Source: Candidatus Bathyarchaeia archaeon (GTDB taxonomy: Archaea; Thermoproteota; Bathyarchaeia; Bathyarchaeales; Bathycorpusculaceae). From it: a stretch of DNA of 64,000 bases. Location of the stretch: positions 32,001 through 96,000 of the forward strand of contig JBEKTQ010000005.1 of NCBI GenBank assembly GCA_049515895.1, in the 5' to 3' direction. Every line of letters starts with the position of its first letter. Position 1 is the first letter of the stretch. The notes below the pieces were generated by a model. The model was not told the origin of the DNA. It did not search any database and saw only the letters and a program-made list of their open reading frames with translations. This document shows positions 40,506 through 49,801 of this stretch, piece by piece. Made by a program: the position numbers and the translations under genes.

Positions 40506-41168
40506 TTAAGTCATGACAAAAGCCTTAACATTATCCTTTTGCCGAGAGACTTTTATCGCCCAGATTTGGCTAAACCATTCGTCACGTTGAGACTTCGTGA
40601 ACACACTACTGTGCCGCTGTGGGTCTTTGGGCGGGAATTTTCGCAGGTTACCCTTTCTAAAGATGAGGACGAATTCGCAGTCAAGCGTAACGTAAGCATT
40701 CGGCAGCAGGAAGCCTGAGCCTAAAAAAGCGCCTTTACCCTTGTATGTCCGCTTTGTCCAGGGCTTCTTCCACAGGATATACGGCAGAGTGGTGAAGCCG
40801 ATTTTTTCGCAAATTTCCATTATTCTGGCATATGGGGAAAGCTGGAATTTGTCGTTAACTGTGCGGGTCGCGTCGCCGATGTTTATGCATGCTATTCCGC
40901 CGTCAACGAGGACGCGGTAAGTTTCGCGCCAAACCTCGCCGAGATAATCATGCATCACATCGTAGATTTGCCCGACAATTTCCCCTTTGTCGTCCGTTTC
41001 CAGTTTTTGCCATAAGACCGCGATTTTTGGGTCCGCTTCGACGAAGAGGGTGTCCCACATTTTATTCATAGGGTTAGGCGGCGAGGTTACCATCAAATGG
41101 ACGATGCCGTCATCTATTTCAGGCATTTGCTGGCTATTGCCCATAATTATTTTGTGCTCAGTATGCAT
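40506..41168 (-). pseudogene. Truncated beta-class DNA methyltransferase
   Basis: VTSPPN (Y replaced by N), CINIGD, ILWKKP. Ends shortly after WFSQIW, with no FP or DPFxGxGT motif. Confidence 0.75.
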
Positions 41169-41295
41169 GCATGTTCCCTACTGTATCGTTGATACAACGC
41201 TTTGACTTTTGCGGTGTGAAAGCGTTAGCAGATTTGATTTAGTGGACAAAACCAAAATAACCCGCAGGCTTAATCTTGTTATAAAGTGTATCAAT

Positions 41296-43083
41296 ATGGT
41301 CAGCGCAAAAGAGGAAATCACTTGGGATCTCACAGAACTTTTTCCCAGTCTCGTGGACCCATCTATTGAAAAATCAATTAATGAATCAAAAGTTTGGGCC
41401 GATAACTTTGAGGAATTATACCGCGGAAAAATAGCATCTCTTAACCCAACCAGTCTATTGAAATGTATCCAAGAACTGGAGGCGTTCGATGTCAAGCTGG
41501 GCGACGTCTCACTTTTTGCAGGCCTGTCTTTTTCGGCTAATATGACATTGCCAGAGTCGCAGGCGCTTTATGACAGGGTTAGTAAGCTTGAGGCTCAGCT
41601 TGGTAAGCAGTTGGCTTTCTTTTCGCTGGAGTTGGGCACATCAGTGAAAGCTAAGCCAGAGTTAATTGCGGAGCCTGTTTTGGCTACGTATCGTCACATG
41701 CTTGAGCGAGTACAGCGTCGCGTCGCTCATCAGCTGAGCGAGGTGGAGGAGCAGCTCATTATCGAGAAGGACCAGTTCGGAGTGCAGGCTTGGGAGGAGT
41801 TGCAGAGCAAATGGCTCAACACCCGCATGTTCGACGTTATGGTCCTTGGAGAGAAGAAGACTCTAAGTTACGGTGAAGCCAACGGATTATTTCCTCATCC
41901 CGATAGAGCAACACGGGAATCCGCGAACCGTGCAATTTACGGTTTGCTTGGCAGAGACGGCGAAATCTTCGCTTCAGCCTTGCGTAGCATTTGCAACGAC
42001 TGGGTCACGGTTTCCAAGCGCAGGAAATACGCCTCACCAATGGATTCGAGCCTTTTGAACAATGATACCGAACAAGTAGTAATTGACAACCTGTTGCATG
42101 CAATAGAGGAAAACGCTCGCACATATCGCTATTACCTCAAACTGAAAGCTAACCTCATGGGACTGCCGCAGCTAGGTAACCATGACATTGTTGCACCCCT
42201 ACCAGATTCGCCTGAACAGAAATTCACCTTTGAAGAAGCCAAAAACCTAGTCATCGAAGCATACAGCCACTTTGACCCCCAATACTCAACCGCAGTAAAA
42301 GAAATGTTTACCCAAAGGCGAATCGACGGAACACCTAGGTTTGGGAAGCGAAACGGCGCTTTCTGTGCAAGCTGGTACAAGGGCAAATCTGCGTTCATGC
42401 TCCAAAGTTTCAACGGTGCCCTCACCGACGTTTACACGCTAGCACATGAACTGGGACACGCCACCCATGACTACTACATGTCGCGAAGCCAAACCCTCAT
42501 GAACACAAGTGTACCTTCGACTGTAGCTGAAACCGCCTCAATTTTCGGCGAGCTCCTGCTAACCGATCTGCTGCTTAATGAAGCAAAATCCGATGAGCAG
42601 CGTAAAGCGGTTCTTTGCTTGGTTCTGGATGAAGCTGGCATGACAGCGTTCCAAGTTACGGCGCGGGTGTGGTTTGAGCAGGCTCTTTACAATTCAATTC
42701 AGAACAGCGAATACCTCGACTACCCAACCATATGCAAACATTGGAGAGAGGCTCGGGACCGCATCTACGGGAACGCCGTCACGTGGTTCCCCGAGATGGA
42801 GGCGGAGTGGACCATGAAACCGCACTATTACATGGCAAACTACCGCTTTTACAACTATCCCTACGTATATGCTCAAATGTTCGTCTACTCTCTGTACGAG
42901 AGGTACCTGGAGGAAGGCAAGGCATTTGTGCCCAAACTTGTGGAGGCGTTGTCGGCGGGCAGCAGTATGTCCTCATTGCAAATCGGCAGAATCGTGGGCC
43001 TTGACGTGTCAGACCCCAGCTTCTGGAGCGGCGGTTTAAGAGTGTTCGAACGCTTCATCGTTGACTTAGAGAAAATCGTCTAA
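41296..43083 (+). CDS. pepF: M3 family oligoendopeptidase F
   Basis: WDLTELF, GKRNGAFC, TLAHELGHA (HExxH), AETASIFGE, FYNYPY. Confidence 0.93.
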   Translation: MVSAKEEITWDLTELFPSLVDPSIEKSINESKVWADNFEELYRGKIASLNPTSLLKCIQELEAFDVKLGDVSLFAGLSFSANMTLPESQALYDRVSKLEAQLGKQLAFFSLELGTSVKAKPELIAEPVLATYRHMLERVQRRVAHQLSEVEEQLIIEKDQFGVQAWEELQSKWLNTRMFDVMVLGEKKTLSYGEANGLFPHPDRATRESANRAIYGLLGRDGEIFASALRSICNDWVTVSKRRKYASPMDSSLLNNDTEQVVIDNLLHAIEENARTYRYYLKLKANLMGLPQLGNHDIVAPLPDSPEQKFTFEEAKNLVIEAYSHFDPQYSTAVKEMFTQRRIDGTPRFGKRNGAFCASWYKGKSAFMLQSFNGALTDVYTLAHELGHATHDYYMSRSQTLMNTSVPSTVAETASIFGELLLTDLLLNEAKSDEQRKAVLCLVLDEAGMTAFQVTARVWFEQALYNSIQNSEYLDYPTICKHWREARDRIYGNAVTWFPEMEAEWTMKPHYYMANYRFYNYPYVYAQMFVYSLYERYLEEGKAFVPKLVEALSAGSSMSSLQIGRIVGLDVSDPSFWSGGLRVFERFIVDLEKIV

Positions 43084-43136
43084 GCAAGCGGCAAATGATT
43101 AATAAGAAAGAGACGGAACATTTTTAGCTGCATTGT

Positions 43137-43260
43137 GCTGCGGTAACCAAGCCAGGTCAAAGGTGAAGGACTCAAGATCTAACATTTGGCCTATATGGGC
43201 TCCAGATGGGAAATCCTTTCCCGCAGGGGTTCGCAGGTTCGAATCCTGCCCGCAGCACCA
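43137..43260 (+). tRNA. tRNA-Leu(CAA) with 36-nt intron at canonical 37/38 position; CCA encoded
   Basis: Acceptor GCTGCGG/CCGCAGC, anticodon stem AAGGA/TCCTT, anticodon CAA at 43173-43175. Intron 43177-43212 forms a bulge-helix-bulge (CTCA/TGGG core, AGA and AAA bulges). Long variable arm; GGTTCGAATCC T-arm. Confidence 0.95.
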
Positions 43261-43502
43261 ATAAGATCTTGCCATTTCTTTGCTTAGAATTCAAATAAGT
43301 TAGTGAATAATTATACATTGGTGAGACCGGTGCATCTTGAAACCATTAAAGGCAGAAAAAATGCGTTCCTTGATGAAATGCTAGACGAACCAATTATAGT
43401 TGGTGTTAATTAATTCACCTACTTCGATGTATGTGTTTTTGGCTTAGAGAATAAAACAAACTTAATTATTTAATTGTGCAGTCTATTAATGAGGTTTAAC
43501 GT

Positions 43503-43712
43503 TTGGCAGAAACAGTCTCTATTCCATTGCCATTACTGAAAGAACTCTATGAGCATTTTGACCGTATCTAAGAAATTTGAGTCACTCTTGAAGAGCTTTC
43601 TGATAAGCAAGGATTAGAAAGAATCGAAAAAGGATTAGAGGAATGTAAGAAAAAAGAATACATTACTGTGGCAAGTCCTGACAAAATAAGAGACGCTCTC
43701 CTGAAGGACTAA
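43503..43712 (+). pseudogene. Antitoxin pseudogene (RelB/Phd-like)
   Basis: MAETVSIPLPLLKELYEHFDRI*EI*VTLEELSDKQGLERIEKGLEECKKKEY..., with two in-frame stops. Lies directly before the toxin. Confidence 0.7.
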
Positions 43713-43716
43713 ATTC

Positions 43717-43970
43717 TTGCCATATAAAATAATCTTCTTGCGCAATTTCACTAAGCAATTCGATAAGCTTCCGAAAACTGGGAAAGAGCAAGTCCTGAAA
43801 GGACTTGAAAAGGCTGCTTCTGACCTTACTCTGGAACAAGGCTGCAAGGAAAGCTAATAGGTTTATGAAGATGGCGCATGGGCAATTACCGAGCAATCTA
43901 TTCAGTGAGTGAGAAAGAAGGCTACTTAGTGTTCGTAGATGTTGGTTTGAGAAAATCTATATATGAATAA
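43717..43970 (+). pseudogene. relE: RelE/ParE family toxin pseudogene
   Basis: MPYKIIFLRNFTKQFDKLPK...ASD / frameshift / YSGTRLQGKLIGL*RWRMGNYRAIYSV...FVDVGLRKSIYE*. Confidence 0.8.
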
Positions 43971-44488
43971 ATGTTCGCAGGTTTGAATTCTGCCCGCAGC
44001 ACTTTTAGCCATATTCTGAGTTTATTTCACGCATATAAGCTAAAAAATAGGCTTAAGTTTCTTTAGGTAAGAAAGTTTTTCCCCAGATGGAACAGCTTAT
44101 CCCAATAAGTAAATAAGATCTCAAACTGAATTATTAACTGAAAAAATTTCCCTGAAATCCACTAACTTTATTTCTCCCCTCTCCTTTACTTTCCTAATGT
44201 TTCTTATGCCTAAGCTTAGCAAGAGGAAACAGATTCAACGTTTGCGGGAAGCTGTAAAAGAAATAGCACTGATAGTTGAACTTTAAGAAGCTCAACTACC
44301 TCTCTCACTTTATATTATTAAAGGGTTTTAAGCGAGCACGTATTTTGAGGCTGATTAAAAACGAATTTCACCTAGAAAAAGTGCCAAGTTTATGCCGAAA
44401 TACATAGAGTTTGTAGACAGATTTTCACATATGAGACCCCACTTTTTAAAACAGACTTTTCACACAATTTCGACAGGCCAGCGCATAT

Positions 44489-45427
44489 TCACGCGACAAT
44501 TGTCGTACCCGCCCTTCCAGCAAGGGCCTCTTCAGCCTTCTCCAGTGAGCTGATTATCACACGTTTTCCTCCAGACTCCAAGAATCTGACCGCACTCTCG
44601 ATTTTTGGACCCATATTTCCGCTAGGAAACTGTCCTGCCTCGAGGAACTTTCTGCATTCCTGCACGGTCATTCTATCGACGGGACGCTGGTTAGGTTTCT
44701 CGTAGTTGAGAAAAACTTTCTCGACATCAGTCAATATCAGCAACACGTCCGCCTCAACGATCTTCGCCAAGACCGCAGCGCAGAGATCCTTGTCTATTAC
44801 CGCTTCAACGCCTTGGGAATCATTGCCCGAAGTCACAGGAATACCGCCTCCTCCTGCTGCAATTACGATAACCCCAAGGTCCATCAACTCTCGAACAATC
44901 TGCCCCTGAATTATTGACAATGGAATCGGCGAGGGCACCGTTCTTCTATACCCACGTTCGCCCTCATTGATGAGATGCCACCCTTTCTCTTTCTTAAGCC
45001 GAGCCGCCTCACTTGCATTGCAAAATGACCCTATTGGCTTTGTTGGGTTTTTGAAAGCTGGATCGTTCACGTCGATGACCGTCTCCGTCAGTATCGTCGC
45101 GACCTGCAAGTCGAGCCCAATTCTTCTGAGTTCGTTCCGTAATGATTGCTGAATCATGTAGCCAATCATGCCTTGAGACTCGGCGACGCAGACATCGAGG
45201 GGCATGTAGGGAAGCTTGTCTTTGGCCAGTTCGCCTCTCAGAAGTATGTCACCGACTTGCGGACCATTGCCATGAGTGATTATTATCTTGTGCCCATGCC
45301 GTATTATGCACGCCAGGTGTTTGCAGGCTCTACGGACGTTATCGAACTGTTCTTCTGCTGTTCCTTCATTCTCTCGTGCCAAGATGGCGTTTCCTCCCAG
45401 CGCGACAAGTATCCTCAATGGTGCCAC
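44489..45427 (-). CDS. arcC: Carbamate kinase
   Basis: VALGGNA, THGNGPQVG, SQGMIGY, PTKPIG, RRTVPSP, GGGGIPV, EAVIDKD, GNMGPK. Confidence 0.95.
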   Translation of the reverse strand: MAPLRILVALGGNAILARENEGTAEEQFDNVRRACKHLACIIRHGHKIIITHGNGPQVGDILLRGELAKDKLPYMPLDVCVAESQGMIGYMIQQSLRNELRRIGLDLQVATILTETVIDVNDPAFKNPTKPIGSFCNASEAARLKKEKGWHLINEGERGYRRTVPSPIPLSIIQGQIVRELMDLGVIVIAAGGGGIPVTSGNDSQGVEAVIDKDLCAAVLAKIVEADVLLILTDVEKVFLNYEKPNQRPVDRMTVQECRKFLEAGQFPSGNMGPKIESAVRFLESGGKRVIISSLEKAEEALAGRAGTTIVA

Positions 45428-45429
45428 TG

Positions 45430-45618
45430 TTACAACCCCAATTTCGCAAGTAGCTTCAACATCTCGACGTCTCCTCCCGCTGGAGGCTTCCAGTCAACGT
45501 GAACCACATCTACGCCCTGAGAACGGAGATCATCGGCGAAGGTTGAAATCCCGATGTTTACGACCTTAAGCTTTTCTGTTAGAATGGTCTTATCCTTATT
45601 GCTCTTCTTTTCATCCAT
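45430..45618 (-). CDS. FdrA C-terminal-like small protein (62 aa)
   Basis: VVNIGISTFADDLRSQGVDVVHVDWKPPAGGD matches the segment that is normally the FdrA C-terminus or the DUF1116 protein N-terminus. Confidence 0.75.
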   Translation of the reverse strand: MDEKKSNKDKTILTEKLKVVNIGISTFADDLRSQGVDVVHVDWKPPAGGDVEMLKLLAKLGL

Positions 45619-45619
45619 A

Positions 45620-47197
45620 CTATTTAGACCTCCCAAAAGTTGCCTCTTCGATCTTTTCCCCGCATGCAATGAGGGCTGAGACCCACGTGGCTTGAGCATT
45701 GCTCGGCATAATTAGAACTCCAGCGTCTAACAGGGCTTTCTCTTGACTCGCGAGTCCCTGAAAGTCGCCTTCTGTGCCGACTACGGAAGCTACAATAGGA
45801 AGATGCCGGCCAGCCTCCTTTGCAAGAGCCTTGGCCTTTTGGATTGCAGGAACAAGCTGCCCTGCAGGATCGTTGTTTGAACCGTATCCCAATTCTACGT
45901 CGATCAGGATGACCGCCGTCTCTGGATCCCTGGCTTCTTGGAGAATCCTCAGATTCCTCAAGCTAAAATCAATCATGGGGTGTGCCCTTCCTTCGACGAA
46001 TTCTTCAGCCCCCATGTCTATACATGTATGTTTCTTGCTGGGGGCGCCGCCAAGTATCTTGTTCTCGGGTTTGATGGGAGCGTTTGAAAATACCTCTCCG
46101 AGCAAAGGCTGAAGAACTATCTCCGACTCATAGCATAAGGTTCCTCCGGAGAAAAGACCACGAACATATTGTTGATCCCTAGCAAGTTTCCTATGATTCT
46201 CCAGAGCGACGGAGATCGCCCCGTTGGAAATAATAGCGGAAGCCACCTCAGACTTCCCTCCAGCGAGTTCGCACGCAACCTTCGCGGCATCATCAAGAGT
46301 ATTCGCGGGCCTAAGCTTGCCGAGCAAGTGTGGACTAAGGTCTACTCCCAAAAAGTTTACCACGACAGGTTTTCTGCTTTGTCTCGCTACTTCAAGAACC
46401 TTTTCCATTGTGCTAGGGGCGGGCGGCTTCGAAATGAGCACTATCACTTTTGTGTGCTCGTCCTCCTCCAGCAACTTGAAACCCTGAATCATAGTGATCC
46501 CCCCAACCTCTTCGGAAAGGTCGCTTCCGCCGGTACCGATGGCCTGAGAAATACCAAGACCAGCTTTGTGAATTAGCGTTAATACCTCTTGAAGACCAGT
46601 CCCCGACGCTGAGACCAAACCAATCGTACCTTCTCGGATCGTATTTCCGAAACCGAGCACCTTATGATTAATTATCGATGTTCCACAATCAGGCCCCATC
46701 ATAAGTAGTCTCTTCTCCTTCGCTACCTTCTTCAGCTCCACTTCCTCTTCCCGCGAAACGTTACTGCTAAAGAGGAAAACATTCAGACCTCTATCCAACG
46801 CCCGCATTGCTTCCCTCTTCGCAAACTGACCCGGGACTGAAATGACCGCTAAATTTGCGTCTGGAACAAGCTCCAACGCTTCTTCCAGTGATGTAGGCGG
46901 TGCCTTTTCGCCAGCTGGTTTTTCGCCTTGAGTAAGCAACCTTTCCGTCTCTGTTAAGGCTGCCTCCAATGAAGAGGCGTCATTGGTCTCGATGGCCACT
47001 ATCATGTCACTAGTGGTCGCCGGAGCATTGGCTGCGTCCGCAAATCCAGCCTCTGAGAGAACTCGGCGGTTAAGCTCCGTCGCCATCACAACCGCAGCCT
47101 GAGTTACGCCCGGCAGTTTCGAAATATCGTTCGAAATTTTCATTAGACTAATGGAGTCCCTATAGGTCGATTTTCTTACAATCAGTCTTGTGTTCAT
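45620..47197 (-). CDS. fdrA: Acyl-CoA synthetase-like FdrA (AllF/YahF family)
   Basis: YRDSISLM, ANLAVISVPG, MMGPDCGT, ASGTGLQE, GTGGSDL, LISKPP, GLFSGGTLCYE, GRAHPMID. Confidence 0.92.
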   Translation of the reverse strand: MNTRLIVRKSTYRDSISLMKISNDISKLPGVTQAAVVMATELNRRVLSEAGFADAANAPATTSDMIVAIETNDASSLEAALTETERLLTQGEKPAGEKAPPTSLEEALELVPDANLAVISVPGQFAKREAMRALDRGLNVFLFSSNVSREEEVELKKVAKEKRLLMMGPDCGTSIINHKVLGFGNTIREGTIGLVSASGTGLQEVLTLIHKAGLGISQAIGTGGSDLSEEVGGITMIQGFKLLEEDEHTKVIVLISKPPAPSTMEKVLEVARQSRKPVVVNFLGVDLSPHLLGKLRPANTLDDAAKVACELAGGKSEVASAIISNGAISVALENHRKLARDQQYVRGLFSGGTLCYESEIVLQPLLGEVFSNAPIKPENKILGGAPSKKHTCIDMGAEEFVEGRAHPMIDFSLRNLRILQEARDPETAVILIDVELGYGSNNDPAGQLVPAIQKAKALAKEAGRHLPIVASVVGTEGDFQGLASQEKALLDAGVLIMPSNAQATWVSALIACGEKIEEATFGRSK

Positions 47198-48194
47198 TCG
47201 AATTCCCTCTGACCAAACTCGACTTTTTGCTCAAACAGAGCGTTGTTCCAATAACAATTCCCAAAACTGTGTCTGTGCCCGAAGATTCTCCTATCTCCAG
47301 CATACGTCTAGTCTCACGCTCAACCGATTTACCGCTTTCCGTTAACAATGCAGTGCAAAGCCGCATTGCCTGCTCGTTTCCTCTCCCTAAAGCTGCTTGC
47401 TTAAGGTACTCTTCGCTAAGAAGCGTCGTCCTGCCGTGAGCCTCTTCTGCCACCAGCTTCGCTGCAAGCCGGCTAGCGTGCTGCGCGCATCCGCTGTTCT
47501 TTTCATAAAGTACACAGAGAAGAACTAGACCCGCCAGCATATCGTCAGAAGAAGGGGTAAGTCCGGGACCAAGACCTATGAGTTCGCTGATAGACTCTTT
47601 TAACGGGTTCCTTTTCTCTGAACAGAAGGCTTGTTCAAACCGAACGATGCGACGAAGCGCCGAGGAGGCAAAAATGTTAAGATTTTTGACTGGAGTTTTT
47701 GCTGTTTCCTGAGGTATTATAGCAAGTAACTGCCCCAGGCCCGCCATGTTTCCAAAGAGTAGAGCAGTCTTCCTCATAACTTCTTTGTTCGCTTCAATTT
47801 CATCATTGCTCAGAATCGGTACCGTGAACGTTTGCTTAAATGAATAAATTCGAGCTGAGCCCAACAAGATTAGGATGTGATCGCTGAGTTCCAAAGCAAC
47901 CCCATGTACTTTGACCTTGTCTCCAACGCTTACTCCAAGACCAGACATCCGTGTCTGTCCAACTGGCATTCGCAATATTACGTTTAGAGGACCTTTTTGA
48001 ACAGACCCTGGAACCAAACTAACAAGGGCTCCCGAAAGAAGTATGTTGATTGCCTTATCAAACACTCCATGAACAGTCCCCTCTTCTCCATTCTTGAGAC
48101 GCGCGTAAGCTACGTTTCCGATGGAAGAAGCCTCTAGAATGGAGCAACTGAACTGGGAGGAAAACAAGTTCTGCGAACTTGCACTTTGTTTCAA
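47160..48194 (-). CDS. DUF2877 protein (YlbF/AllH/YahE family)
   Basis: LIGLGPGLTPSSDDMLAG, TTLLS and IGESSGTD motifs. Confidence 0.88.
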   Translation of the reverse strand: MKQSASSQNLFSSQFSCSILEASSIGNVAYARLKNGEEGTVHGVFDKAINILLSGALVSLVPGSVQKGPLNVILRMPVGQTRMSGLGVSVGDKVKVHGVALELSDHILILLGSARIYSFKQTFTVPILSNDEIEANKEVMRKTALLFGNMAGLGQLLAIIPQETAKTPVKNLNIFASSALRRIVRFEQAFCSEKRNPLKESISELIGLGPGLTPSSDDMLAGLVLLCVLYEKNSGCAQHASRLAAKLVAEEAHGRTTLLSEEYLKQAALGRGNEQAMRLCTALLTESGKSVERETRRMLEIGESSGTDTVLGIVIGTTLCLSKKSSLVRGNSNEHKTDCKKIDL

Positions 48195-49747
48195 CTCGCC
48201 GCCACGCCTCCCATCATCAACCCGATTTCCTCCAGCTTTGCAGTGGCAGCTGGCATGATTCCCATGATCTTTCCGCCATAGAAGACCGCTATTCTGTCGC
48301 TCAACGTCATGATTTCATTCAAATCTCCTGAAATCAAAAGGATTCCCACACCGAATCCTCTCCGCTCTTTGAGTTTTTCTTTGATGAACTCTGCTGCTCC
48401 AACGTCCAAGCCGGATGTCGGTTGAGCTGCAATCAGAACCTTGGGGTTTCTAGACAGAACTTTTGCAAGAATCGCTTTTAACATGTTTCCTCCTGATAAA
48501 GTTCTGGCGGAGGCTTCTACGCTGGGGCAGGTAATTGAGTACTCTTTCACCAAGCGCTCGGCATTCAGGTGGACTTGTTCATTGTCTACCATGTATTTCT
48601 TTTCGAATCTCGGATCGTTCCTAATCTCTAGAACGAGATTTTCTGCTATAGACATGTCAAGAAGGAGGCCGGAGCCCATTCTGTCCTCCGGTATGTGACC
48701 GACGCCATGCTCTATCATGTTCCTAGGTGAAGCATTAGTAAGGTCCAACCCTTGCACGAGCACTTTGCCGTTGGTGACCTTTCTCATTCCCGTTAAGATG
48801 TCCGCCAGCTCTGTTTGTCCATTCCCGGACACACCGGCTATTCCAAGAATTTCACCTGCTCTCAACGAGAGTGATATGTCGTTGAGGCCGAGTACTCCTT
48901 TGTCGTTTCGGGCAGAGACATGCTGGATTTCTAAAACTACCTTTTCAGACGGTTCCTCACCAGGCAGTTCCTTCTTGCCCGAAACCTCCTGGCCAACCAT
49001 CTTTTTAGCTAGCTCATTCGGATTCGTATCTTTGGTTAAGAGCCGGGCTACGACCTCGCCATGACGTAGCACTGTAACCCTGTCGCTTACAGCTATCACC
49101 TCGGGAAGTTTGTGTGTAATTATGACAACGGTTCTTCTTTCTGCTGCCATTGAACGCATGAAATTGAACAAACCCTTGACTTCATCGTCGGTCAGGATCG
49201 ATGTCGGCTCATCAAGAATCAGAATATGAGCCTCCCGATAGAGCGCCTTTATTATCTCAACTCTCTGCCTCTCACCAACAGAAAGTTGCTCTGCCTTCGC
49301 GCTCGGATTAACTAAGAGATCATAGTTTTTAGCTAGCTCGTTTATCCTCTTGATAACGGTATCGAGGTCCAGAATAGGCCAAGTTTTAGATTTAAGCCCT
49401 AGCCCCACGTTTTCCGCAACAGTCAGGGTCGGAACAAGTTCGAAGTGTTGGTGCACCATCGCTATTTTAAGGTCGATAGCATCTTTAGGAGACTTGATGC
49501 TAACTCGATTTCCATTTACAAAGATCTCCCCAGAGTCAGGCTTGTAGAGACCGTAGAGGATATTCATCAGGGTCGTCTTGCCAGCTCCATTCTCGCCGAG
49601 AAGCGCGTGAACCTCTCCCTCATAAAGGGAAAGATCTATTGAATTATTGGCAATGACGCTTGGAAACCTCTTTGAGATTCCTTTCATTTCCACAATGGGA
49701 GGATGGATAGATGAAATCGAAACCGCTGTGCTCAAACTTAATGTCAT
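48191..49747 (-). CDS. ABC transporter ATP-binding protein (nucleoside/CUT2 type, two NBDs)
   Basis: GENGAGKT, LSVGERQRVEI, DEPT; second domain GVSGNGQ, LSGGN, QPTSGLD. Confidence 0.93.
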   Translation of the reverse strand: MTLSLSTAVSISSIHPPIVEMKGISKRFPSVIANNSIDLSLYEGEVHALLGENGAGKTTLMNILYGLYKPDSGEIFVNGNRVSIKSPKDAIDLKIAMVHQHFELVPTLTVAENVGLGLKSKTWPILDLDTVIKRINELAKNYDLLVNPSAKAEQLSVGERQRVEIIKALYREAHILILDEPTSILTDDEVKGLFNFMRSMAAERRTVVIITHKLPEVIAVSDRVTVLRHGEVVARLLTKDTNPNELAKKMVGQEVSGKKELPGEEPSEKVVLEIQHVSARNDKGVLGLNDISLSLRAGEILGIAGVSGNGQTELADILTGMRKVTNGKVLVQGLDLTNASPRNMIEHGVGHIPEDRMGSGLLLDMSIAENLVLEIRNDPRFEKKYMVDNEQVHLNAERLVKEYSITCPSVEASARTLSGGNMLKAILAKVLSRNPKVLIAAQPTSGLDVGAAEFIKEKLKERRGFGVGILLISGDLNEIMTLSDRIAVFYGGKIMGIMPAATAKLEEIGLMMGGVAAS

Positions 49748-49801
49748 CCTTTAATGAAGCTTGAAAAAAAAGGTTAAAAAAATAGATTGGAGGAATACAA
49801 G

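Larger units (their letters stand above)
43229..44002. mobile_element. Tiny tRNA-integrated islet bounded by 30-bp direct repeats (attL/attR)
   Basis: gttcgcaggttcgaatcctgcccgcagcac (43229-43258) vs gttcgcaggtttgaattctgcccgcagcac (43973-44002), 2 mismatches. No integrase inside. Confidence 0.8.

Noticed and set aside
43503-43970. Stop-codon recoding (Sec/Pyl) in the TA genes
   Set aside because: Mixed TAA and TGA stops plus a frameshift indicate decay, not recoding.
43973-44002. Split tRNA half
   Set aside because: Only 30 bp, with mutations in the T-arm and no BHB-forming leader; better explained as an att repeat.
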